The position numbers were made by a program, and so were the translations under genes. A model generated the notes under the pieces. It saw nothing but the letters and a program-made list of their open reading frames with translations, did not search any database and had not been told where the DNA came from. From Tubiluchus corallicola (Eukaryota > Animalia > Priapulida), in the NCBI GenBank assembly GCA_030141605.1, contig JAQGDQ010001552.1, positions 1 to 34,986 of the forward strand: a stretch of DNA of 34,986 nucleotides, read 5' to 3'. This document shows, in pieces, positions 23,865 to 34,986 of this stretch. Positions within the stretch are counted from its first letter, which is position 1. Every line of letters starts with the position of its first letter.

Positions 23865-24346
23865 ATATTGATTAGTTAATTTGTCTAATCGTGATATAAT
23901 TGATTAGTTAATTTGTTCAAACATAATATAATTGATTAGTTAATTTGTTCAAACATAATATAATTGATTAGTTAATTTGTTCAAACATAATATAATTGAT
24001 TAGTTAATTTGTTCAATCATAATATAATTGATTAGTTAATTTGTTCAAACATAATATAATTGATTAGTTAATTTGTTCAAACATAATATAATTGATTAGT
24101 TAATTTGTTCAAACATAATATAATTGATTAGTTAATTTGTTCAAACATAATATAATTGATTAGTTAATTTGTTCAAACATAATATAATTGATTAGTTAAT
24201 TTGTTCAATCATAATATAATTGATTAGTTAATTTGTTCAAACATAATATAATTGATTAGTTAATTTGTTCAATCATAATATAATTGATTAGTTAATTTGT
24301 TTAATCATTATATAAATGATCAGTTAATTTGTTTAATCATGATATA
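23865..24346. repeat. 32-bp AT-rich minisatellite, about 15 copies
   Basis: Unit AATATAATTGATTAGTTAATTTGTTCAAACAT. Confidence 0.95.
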
Positions 24347-24377
24347 ACTCTAAAGTTATAATGTGTAGCTTTCGACA

Positions 24378-24547
24378 GGAGAGAAAGCAGAAAGGAATGG
24401 AGGAAGAAGAGAGAGAAAGAGATAAAGAGAGAGAGAAAGAGAGAGAGCGAGAGAGAGGAGGGAGAGAGAAAGAGGAGAGAGAGAGGAGGGAGGAAGAGAG
24501 AGAGAGAGAAAGAGAGAGAGGAGGGAGAGAGAAAGAGAGAGAGAGAT
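24378..24547. repeat. (GA)-rich microsatellite
   Basis: Directly visible. Confidence 0.9.
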
Positions 24548-25236
24548 TACATTCGAAATGGAAAATAGGTGCTACCACTCGACTGAAAATACAAAGCCGC
24601 CTGGGCAACATTCTACAAAACGAAAAAAATCGGGGTCCATTTACAAGTGTCATATACCTGTAAATTAGCCACTTGTTAGTCACAGGTAATAAATCAGTAA
24701 ACCAATGCCGTTCTTTTTTTCTTAACGACTTTCCAGCAAGGATGTTCGGTTTGTTCAAGGGCAAAATCGGGCACAAGTGGAATGTTTGCGTATAAATGAC
24801 TATTGGTGGTCGCACGCCACGGTGCTACATTGTTGCGATGTCGCAACATGCGTAATTAACATCTCTGCGCGATACGACAGAATTCCATATGATCCGTATA
24901 ATAAAGTTATGATAATAGTTATGTGCCACAAAAAGAAAAAAATTGTACGAAAGCATGAAATAGCTGTTAGAGCTCAATAAATTCTTTATCACTTAATGTG
25001 CCAGTCTGACAAATCGCTATTGTATGTGACACATCTTTACCGAGATCTCACACTGTGATTGCCATCTTTAAAATTATCAATAAAGTGTGGCTGTTGTACT
25101 GATGTAAAACATCAGCTAGACGACGTCAGTTTCAGATCTTACTTCATGTACATACAAAGTTCGGCAGGCGATTTTTCACAAAACAATATCTACTGTAGTT
25201 ATTACAGTAAGCTATAGTTTTCCCTATAGTTGTTAA

Positions 25237-25348
25237 CAGGGCCTATTTCGGGGGGGGGGAAGTGGGGATACTTCCCCGGGGCCTCATCCTGCAGGGGGGC
25301 CTCGCGGCAAGCTAACATTTTTTTGCTTTATGCGAACATACTGCCTCT

Positions 25349-25421
<73 letters not shown>

Positions 25422-25422
25422 G

Positions 25423-25515
<93 letters not shown>

Positions 25516-25791
25516 TGCCGCACGCGCGCCGTTTGCCAGTATTGACAAGTATTAAGGACTGGCCTTGAGAATAAAGCAGTTTTTCTTTCAATTGTTCTTT
25601 CCTTTAACAACTGTATAACTCCATATTTTCTCTTCGAAAATGCTTCTCCGGTATTCTAGCAGTTCAAAAATTTTCTGGGCGACAACCATGGTGGCGCCCG
25701 CTCCCCGGCACTTCACCCCCCCCCCCCCCACCCCCATGGGGCCTCACATGCCCCACTTCCCCGGGCCTCGCTATGGCTGAAATAGGCCCTG
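25237..25791 (+). mobile_element. hAT-like MITE with internal (CT)n
   Basis: 13-bp TIR CAGGGCCTATTTC; TSD GTTGTTAA/GTTGTAAA (7/8). Confidence 0.88.
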
Positions 25792-26872
25792 GTTGTAAAC
25801 TACTTTACTGTACTATACTGTAACTGCAGTTTAATCTACAAGGAATAACGTCCCTTCTAGAGCTTGAAGAGGACTTAAATAAGACTTTTTCTATATGCAT
25901 GCAGTCCACATCTGAAAATGAAACAGATTCCAGAATAATTTTACGATTTTAACAACAGGTTCTGTTTTCTTTAATATCAGACTGCTATTTAAAACGTTTA
26001 TTTTCTTATTCGGAAGAAATTGTTGCATAACTGCAACGCACATAGAACCTAAAAGAGTATCTGTGAGAGAAATAATGAGGCATCTTATTATACCGAGTCA
26101 CGTAGGCTGCATAACTTCCGCTGCAAGTTTATTCAAGGCACTTTCCTGTTTGGTCTTTGATATAATCTTCTTTGTATCATTTTTACTTTGTGGCGCAGAG
26201 AAAAACTCAAGAGATAAAGTGTTATGTATTTATCCATTTGTGATGTCTGGTGAATAAATTATGTTTATCAGTAATGGCTGCTTGTGCGTAGTTCACAATA
26301 GTAACCTTTTGCAACAATCGACATTTGATACAACGAAACAGAGATAAATAAATCTAATACAATAGTAGACCATAAAAGTATCTTAGCTTTGAAGTTAGAA
26401 ACGTGGTCAGCCTAAGGGTTATTCCGAAATTTAGCAAACACCTATTCATACATTACAGACTTAAAGGCGATCATTTACACTAGTTGAACGCTACAAATAC
26501 CTAAAGTTATTATCTGTTTTAATGGCTGTTATTTGCTTTAAATTAGGTTATTAATATCATTTTTGCTTTAATTTTGGCTCAGTGAGCAGACATTCACGGT
26601 TTTTAATATTTGTGTTCATTTCCTTTAGCATGTTATTGTTTTTCAAATTGTAAGCTGGATCAAAATGCCTGCTCGTGACACTAAGAATAAAATTCTGAGC
26701 TTAGTCGCTATTTAGCTTGCCATCAACACGTCAATATATTACAGGCAATGAAAAAGTTTGCCCGTGTTATAAAATTCCAAGGCATGTTATACAACAGCTA
26801 GAAAAGCTTTTTGAGATATGCCTGAAATAACATCGCTATCACACTTTACGTAGGCGTTTGTATAATAACTAG

Positions 26873-27142
26873 TGTAGTAGACTTAGCTTTTTTTGTTAAT
26901 CTTACTTATCGTGCACGAGGCGCCATCTGTGACGGGAATGTAAAGCTTTTGGTTTTGGCCAGTTTTTCTGTTTGTTACCTGCTAGTCACCTGTCTGTTTT
27001 TACACACCTGTGCTCTGAACAGTCAGGTTAATCCACTTTATGGGATGTGTGAGACATTTATGTTATGTTGGACATACTGATTATGTTACAATAAAGCATT
27101 CAGTGGTATTAACCTGTGTTGACAGTGTTTTCTGTGATTACA
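26873..27142 (+). mobile_element. Solo LTR family C, copy 2 (270 bp)
   Basis: TGTA...TACA termini, perfect 5-bp TSD ACTAG, internal AATAAA. Confidence 0.85.
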
Positions 27143-27617
27143 ACTAGGATCTAAACAAAATGCAAAAAAATAATTTTGTCAAAGTATAAAATGAGCATAA
27201 TTCGTGTGAAATCTAACTTCCTATTATTTGTACAAAACTGGACATTGTGCAGAAACATACAGAGAATGATGGACATACCATTGTGACGTTTAGTCGAAAC
27301 TGCTCCATTGCACAACGTTTTTGCGTGTAATTACTCTTAAGACCCATTAAATGTACTTTCCCTGACACATTTCACATAGAACCTTTAAGCTGTGCATTTT
27401 TCTTGCGTTCTATCCGTGAAGCATTTTATTGCTGGCTAGTTTGTGAAGCATGTTTTATTTTGGTGAGAACTTTTCGGGTGATTTTACTTTAAAACTTAAC
27501 TACTTACTTAGTTTTCTGGCTTTATTTTTGCTTTAATACTTTGACGAACAACGATTAATATACTTTTATATACATGTAATTTGAGTATACTCTGTAGGCT
27601 AATTATTATTTTGGCTA

Positions 27618-27732
27618 AAGTTTACAATTCCCCAAACACAAGAAATTAGCTCATGAAGAGGATTAAGATTAGGATTAGGGTTAGATTGGGATTAAGGATT
27701 AAGGTTAAGGATAGGGTTAGGGTTGTAAACTT
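27618..27732. repeat. Degenerate (TTAGGG)-like tract bounded by a 10-bp inverted repeat
   Basis: AAGTTTACAA...TTGTAAACTT around GATTAG/GGTTAG hexamers. Confidence 0.5.
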
Positions 27733-27745
27733 CTATTAATTTTTA

Positions 27746-29737
27746 TAGTTCGGCACTCTACAAGCTGGAATCTGGAATTGAGTGGCTTGGCTTACTCAAT
27801 GAAGATGTTTGTGGCAGTACCGGAATCTGGTTCATTATCAAGACGAATTCTCTAAGAATTGACACTGAACTCGGCTGCGAGTGTACTTTCCTTCAACGAG
27901 GTAAATTACCAGAAGCAGTAAGGCAAACAAGACGAACACATTAAACCTGGCGGCACCCATACATTCACTGAGCAGTCTCGCCGTTACTTAACTTTGTCCG
28001 TTAGGTGAGCTTCCTAATCACAAGGCTATTCTTCTTGTCTCACAACAATGCAGTTTCAACATTTTGACGATTGATGATTAATGATGATTAACATACTTCT
28101 GCAGAAATATGTTATGCTGTATTATAGAAAAATTATGGAGAATTGGTTGTATTAATTTATCTTCAAAAGATTTCATAATGTTCATTAATTTTACAAGCGC
28201 TGCATATTTTCTCATTTTTTACATGTACTACAATCTAGTAACCAGATCGTGTTGCTATTTCCTTGGTTCTAATTAAAAAAGATGTATAAATTTAAAACAT
28301 GTATATGTTATACACGTATAAGATTAAATACATGTACATGTTATACACGTATAAGATTAAAAACATGTACATGTTATACATGTATAAGATTAAAAACATG
28401 TACATGTTATACACGTGTAAGATTAAAAACATGTACGTGTTATACATGTATAAGATTAAAAACATGTACATGTTATACACGTATAAGATTAAAAACATGT
28501 ACATGTTATACACGTATAAGATTAAAAACATGCACATGTTATACATGTATAAGATTAAAAACATGTACATGTTATACACGTATAAGATTAAAAACATGTA
28601 CATGTTATACATGTATAAGATTAAAAACATGTACATGTTATACACGTATAAGATTGAAAACATGTACATGTTATACACGTGTAAGATTAAAAACAGGTAC
28701 ATGTTATACATGTATAAGATTAAAAACATGTACATGTTATACACGTATAAGATTAAAAACATGTACATGTTATACACGTATAAGATTAAAAACAGGTACA
28801 TGTTATACACGTATAAGATTAAAAACATGTACATGTTATACACGTATAAGATTAAAAACATGTACATGTCATACACGTGTAAGATTAAAAACAGGTACAT
28901 GTTATACATGTATAAGATTAAAAACATGTACATGTTATACACGTATAAGATTAAAAACATGTACATGTTATACATGTATAAGATTAAAAACATGTACATG
29001 TTATACACGTATAAGATTGAAAACATGTACATGTTATACACGTGTAAGATTAAAAACATGCACATGTTATACATGTATAAGATTAAAAACATGTACATGT
29101 TATACACGTGTAAGATTGAAAACATGTACATGTTATACACGTATAAGATTAAAAACATGCACATGTTATACACGTGTAAGATTGAAAACATGTACATGTT
29201 ATACACGTATAACATTAAAAACATGCACATGTTATACACGTATAAGATTAAAAACATGTACATGTTATACACGTATAAGATTAAAAACATGTACATGTTA
29301 TACACGTATAAGATTAAAAACATGTACATGTTATACATGTATAAGATTAAAAACATGTACATGTCATACACGTATAAGATTAAAAACATGTACATGTTAT
29401 ACACGTATAAGATTAAAAAGATGCACATGTTATACACGTATAAGATTAAAAACATGTACATGTTATAAATGCATAAGATTAAAAACATGCACATGTTATA
29501 CACGTATAAGATTAAAAACATGTACATGTTATACATGTATAAGATTAAAAACATGCACATGTTATACACGTATAAGATTAAAAACATGCACATGTTATAC
29601 ACGTATAAGATTAAAAACATGCACATGTTATACACGTATAAGATTAAAAACATGTACATGTTATACACGTATAAGATTAAAAACATGTACATGTTATACA
29701 CGTATAAGATTAAAAACATGCACATGTTATACATGTA
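27746..29737 (+). repeat. Left arm of a large inverted duplication (about 540 bp unique plus 33-bp satellite)
   Basis: Position x pairs with 62732-x at every checkpoint examined. Confidence 0.95.
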
Positions 29738-29750
29738 TAAGATTAAAAAC
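28283..29750 (+). repeat. 33-bp satellite, about 44 copies (AAAACATGTACATGTTATACACGTATAAGATTA)
   Basis: Explains the 11-aa periodic ORFs on both strands. Confidence 0.97.
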
Positions 29751-30860
29751 TAGCAGGTCCTGCAGAAGAAACTTACTATACAAGGAAGCCAACATGACAG
29801 CTGTAGGCACAAATAGCTGGTGCTTGTTGAATGGGTGGCTTCCATTTCCTGACTGAGTTTTCGTTAAAGAAGGAAAGTCGTAGTGAAAACTTTTTGAATT
29901 TTTGAACGTGTTATAACATTATTTATGATGCGCGTGCTACTTCTTGCGCCATCTGTGTGACATTGCGTCAAAGTACCTTTGTTCTCCTGTTTCTTTTTAG
30001 GGATAATTCCACCAAATTTTCACAAATTAAATTTCTTAGCATTTTTATTATACGATTTTAAAACATTACGTGCTTTGAAGCTTTTACGTGATGTAATATC
30101 TAATATGGATGACGTGTTTAAACATATTGATGACGCTTAGACACATGTTTCTATGGAGACGCGTCACTTGATTTGGAAATGTTGAAAATAACGTGAATCT
30201 TGCAATTATTTTTAGCTGCTTTTTTTGTTATTAAAATGATTTATTATCAATGTATCATTCTGCCCAAGTTGGTGGCAAATCAAATGAGAGAATAACAACA
30301 TTGAATTCTGAAGCTGGAATTGTAATAACCAGCGGTAAGTTAATCGTTGTTGTTGATGTTATATAATCTGCTGCTACACTTATTAAAAATTACGAGAATT
30401 ATGATTTCTGATAGCAGTAGAGAATTTCTTACGCCTTCACTTCGCTACTCAACGTATTACAAAGGTTTTGTCCACTTGTGTGCGATCGATAAAATAGCTT
30501 GACCGGTCAATAATCAATCAAGAAACATGCATTATACAGAGAATGATGGACATACCATCGTGACATTTAGTAAATGTTCCTTTTTATCAAGGTCTTTATC
30601 AAGGTTTTTAATTAGTGGGAGGAGTCAAAGTAGATTTGACTCTCGTAGATATTAATATGTAGATTAAGTTTATTCTACAAATAAAATAATAGAAAATGAA
30701 CCAATAGTTTATTATGACTTTGCTTCTGCTTTCGCTTCACAAGCTTTTGAGTAAATTATATGTAACAATCTAGTCAATACCATGACAAGTAATTCAGTTA
30801 AGGGCAATATTAAGCTAGATTCTTCTCATTATCTTAAAAAAATCTAATTATCAAACCAAA

Positions 30861-31045
30861 AATTTAATAATTCATATCGATTCTGTTGACATTTTTGATC
30901 AATCGTGTGACCCTCCAATACTAAATAACAATAATCATAATCTACTTATGTATGCAGACGATATAGCAATACTTTCTACAACTAAAACAGGCTTGCAAAA
31001 TTGCCTTGATCAACATAACCTTTACTGTGACACACGGTGGAAGCC
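30861..31045 (+). pseudogene. LINE reverse-transcriptase fragment
   Basis: Frame reads DIFDQSCDPPILNNNNHNLLMYADDIAILSTTKTGLQNCLDQHNLYCDTRWK; YADD at 30951-30962. Confidence 0.88.
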
Positions 31046-32237
31046 TTGATCAACTTAACCTTTACTGTGACACACGGTGGAAGCCTTGATCAACTTGACC
31101 TCTACTGTGACACACGGTAGAAGCCTCGATTAACTTAACCTTTACTGTGACACACGGTGGAAGCCTTGATCAACTTAACCTTTACTGTGACACACGGTAG
31201 AAGCCTCGATTAACTTAACCTTTACTGTGACACACGGTGGAAGCCTTGATCAACTTAACCTTTACTGTGACACACGGTGGAAGCTTTGATCAACTTAACC
31301 TTTACTGTGACACACGGTAGAAGCCTTGACCAACTTAACATTTACTGTGACACACGGTAGAAGCCTTGATCAACTTAACCTTTACTGTGACACACGGTTG
31401 GAAGCCTTGATCAACTTAACCTTTATTGTGACACACGGTGGAAGCCTTGATCAACTTAACCTTTACTGTGACACACGGTGGAAGCCTTGATCAACTTAAC
31501 CTTTACTGTGACACACGGTGGAAGCCTTGATCAACTTAACCTTTACTGTGACACGGTAGAAGCCTTGATCAACTTAACCTTTACTGTGACACACGGTGGA
31601 AGCTTTGATCAACTTAACCTTTACTGTGACACACGGTGGAAGCCTTGATCAACTTAACCGTTACTGTGACACGGTAGAAGCCTTGATCAACTTAACCTTT
31701 ACTGTGACACACGGTGGAAGCCTTGACCAACTTAACCTTTACTGTGACACACGGTAGAAGCCTTGATCAACTTAACCTTTACTGTGACACGGTAGAAGCC
31801 TTGATCAACTTAACCTTTACTGTGACACACGGTAGAAGCCTTGATCAACTTAACCTTTACTGTGACACACGGTAGAAGCCTTGATCAACTTAACCTTTAC
31901 TGTGACACACGATGGAAGCCTTGATCAACTTAACCTTTATTGTGACACACGGTGGAAGCCTTGATCAACTTAATCTTTACTGTGGCACACAGTGGAAGCC
32001 TTGATCAACTTAACCTTTACTGTGACACACGGTGGAAGCCTTGATCAACTTAACCTTTACTGTGACACACGGTAGAAGCCTTGATCAACTTAACCTTTAC
32101 TGTGACACACGGTAGAAGCCTTGATCAACTTAACCGTTACTGTGACACGGTAGAAGCCTTGATCAACTTAACCTTTACTGTGACACACGGTAGAAGCCTT
32201 GATCAACTTAACCTTTACTGTGACACACGGTAGAAGC
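31003..32237 (+). repeat. 40-bp satellite, about 31 copies (GCCTTGATCAACTTAACCTTTACTGTGACACACGGTRGAA)
   Basis: Head-to-tail units; the first unit is part of the RT reading frame. Confidence 0.97.
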
Positions 32238-32791
32238 AGTGTTAAGCAGATTTTTAATAGCTTAACAGGATATTGTAGGTGGAGGAACAGAGCTCTTCAA
32301 GAACTCCTTACAGTCAATATCACAGTTGGTTAGTAGTTGTTTTCTTCTGTGGTTTCAGCTTTGCTATAAAAAGAAACACTAATATTGATTACTATGACCA
32401 GGCTTTCTTTTACATATGACATGACAAGCACAGACACAATTATAGTGATAAGTAAGGATGATAAATCAAAAGCATTAAGCCATTAACAAAACTCAACATT
32501 TATACGTGAAGTTAAATCAAATCGAAAGAAACCAAAAGTACTACCTAAACTATACCAACTATTATATAGCTGGATCAGTCTCCCGAAGTACCAGCAAGCG
32601 CTGCTCCAACTGTATCAGACAAATAGATATAGTAATTATAGTTTCGAAACTTTAGTAACTTTAAATTTTTTAGAAGAAATTTCGGTAATAATGTTGAACA
32701 TTCTGATGGTATACATTTGCATTGAAGACTTCGAACGTTGCAAGTTTCGGTATTGTTTAAAATGCCACTGTCAGCACTAACTATAATTTAA

Positions 32792-32998
32792 GCCTTTCAT
32801 ACACGTTGTATTTCGTGGGATACGGGAATATTTTCTGCCTTTAAAATTTTAAAGCTGACAGTTATTTGATCTGTTAATAGTTATTTTGATTTAAGCCAAT
32901 AACAATAGACTAAAAATGGCGATAAAATGGCTAACTAGAAAATCTACATAACATAAAAAACTGCGTAAGGTACAGTATTTTAGAGACAACTTTGTACA
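32792..32998 (-). mobile_element. Truncated piggyBac-type MITE (one end only)
   Basis: Reverse complement of about 8263-8475 with TTAA at 32788; cut by the right arm of the duplication. Confidence 0.8.
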
Positions 32999-34986
32999 TG
33001 TATAACATGTGCATGTTTTTAATCTTATACGTGTATAACATGTACATGTTTTTAATCTTATACGTGTATAACATGTACATGTTTTTAATCTTATACGTGT
33101 ATAACATGTGCATGTTTTTAATCTTATACGTGTATAACATGTGCATGTTTTTAATCTTATACGTGTATAACATGTGCATGTTTTTAATCTTATACATGTA
33201 TAACATGTACATGTTTTTAATCTTATACGTGTATAACATGTGCATGTTTTTAATCTTATGCATTTATAACATGTACATGTTTTTAATCTTATACGTGTAT
33301 AACATGTGCATCTTTTTAATCTTATACGTGTATAACATGTACATGTTTTTAATCTTATACGTGTATAACATGTACATGTTTTTAATCTTATACATGTATA
33401 ACATGTACATGTTTTTAATCTTATACGTGTATAACATGTACATGTTTTTAATCTTATACGTGTATAACATGTACATGTTTTTAATCTTATACGTGTATAA
33501 CATGTGCATGTTTTTAATGTTATACGTGTATAACATGTACATGTTTTCAATCTTACACGTGTATAACATGTGCATGTTTTTAATCTTATACGTGTATAAC
33601 ATGTACATGTTTTCAATCTTACACGTGTATAACATGTACATGTTTTTAATCTTATACATGTATAACATGTACATGTTTTTAATCTTATACGTGTATAACA
33701 TGTACATGTTTTTAATCTTATACGTGTATAACATGTACATGTTTTTAATCTTATACATGTATAACATGTACATGTTTTTAATCTTATACGTGTATAACAT
33801 GTACATGTTTTTAATCTTATACATGTATAACATGTACATGTTTTTAATCTTATACGTGTATAACATGTACATGTTTTTAATCTTATACGTGTATAACATG
33901 TACATGTTTTTAATCTTATACGTGTATAACATGTACATGTTTTTAATCTTATACGTGTATAACATGTACATGTTTTTAATCTTATACGTGTATAACATGT
34001 ACATGTTTTTACTCTTATACATGTATAACATGTACCTGTTTTTAATCTTACACGTGTATAACATGTACATGTTTTCAATCTTATACGTGTATAACATGTA
34101 CATGTTTTTAATCTTATACATGTATAACATGTACATGTTTTTAATCTTATACATGTATAACATGTACATGTTTTTAATCTTATACATGTATAACATGTAC
34201 ATGTTTTTAATCTTATACGTGTATAACATGTACATGTTTTTAATCTTATACGTGTATAACATGTACATGTTTTTAATCTTATACATGTATAACACGTACA
34301 TGTTTTTAATCTTACACGTGTATAACATGTACATGTTTTTAATCTTATACATGTATAACATGTACATGTTTTTAATCTTATACGTGTATAACATGTACAT
34401 GTATTTAATCTTATACGTGTATAACATATACATGTTTTAAATTTATACATCTTTTTTAATTAGAACCAAGGAAATAGCAACACGATCTGGTTACTAGATT
34501 GTAGTACATGTAAAAAATGAGAAAATATGCAGCGCTTGTAAAATTAATGAACATTATGAAATCTTTTGAAGATAAATTAATACAACCAATTCTCCATAAT
34601 TTTTCTATAATACAGCATAACATATTTCTGCAGAAGTATCTTAATCATCGTTAATCATCAATCGTCAAAATGTTGAAACTGCATTGTTGTGAGGCAAGAA
34701 GAATAGCCTTGTGATTAGGAAGCTCACCTAACGGACAAAGTTAAGTAACGGCGAGACTGCTCAGTGAATGTATGGGTGCCGCCAGGTTTAATGTGTTCGT
34801 CTTGTTTGCCTTACTGCTTCTGGTAATTTACCTCGTTGAAGGAAAGTACACTCGCAGCCGAGTTCAGTGTCAATTCTTAGAGAATTCGTCTTGATAATGA
34901 GCCAGATTCCGGTACTGCCACAAACATCTTCATTGAGTAAGCCAAGCCACTCAATTCCAGATTCCAGCTTGTAGAGTGCCGAACTA
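32995..34986 (-). repeat. Right arm of the inverted duplication (satellite 32995-34450 plus unique sequence to the window edge)
   Basis: Window end GTGCCGAACTA is the reverse complement of 27746-27756. Confidence 0.95.

Noticed and set aside
24777-24980. ORF containing YWWS and PYDP as a fourth module copy
   Set aside because: Motif order and Cys spacing do not match; no fitting splice sites
27657-27725. Telomere or fusion scar
   Set aside because: Short and highly degenerate, inside a small inverted-repeat element
28283-29750. Array of p53 response elements
   Set aside because: AAACATGTAC is an imperfect half-site and the CATG cores are not spaced as a canonical full site
28282-34450. 390-524 aa Cys/Tyr/Met-rich ORFs
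   Set aside because: Translations of a 33-bp satellite that is open in several frames on both strands; no splice or domain context

Overview
AT-rich, repeat-dense genomic DNA from an invertebrate animal (spliceosomal GT-AG introns, SINE/LINE/MITE/LTR debris, no prokaryotic features). Almost all ORFs in the supplied track are microsatellite or minisatellite artefacts. Manual splicing gives three genes. (1) A 5-exon minus-strand chitin deacetylase-like gene (15698-23661; signal peptide, CBM14, LDLa, CE4 domain; 519 aa) with several catalytic or metal-binding residues substituted. (2) A 4-exon plus-strand gene absent from the ORF track (11700-13317), encoding a 108-aa secreted Cys/Tyr/Trp-rich protein with two copies of the module C-x-I-x3-C-Y-x5-N-P-x3/5-C-x2-C-D-P-x4-[YW]-W-W. 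(3) The 3' exons of an upstream tandem paralog of gene 2 (2273-2375 and probably 6425-6471). Together these are a candidate extracellular or chitin-matrix gene cluster; the functional link is inferred. Other notable features are a hAT MITE whose 8-bp TSD is the CDA exon-3 splice donor, a 32-bp array of paired-homeodomain sites just upstream of the CDA promoter, a 40-bp satellite amplified from a LINE reverse-transcriptase reading frame, and an inverted duplication with arms of at least 2 kb running off the right edge. All coordinates and alignments were done by eye, with no database searches.
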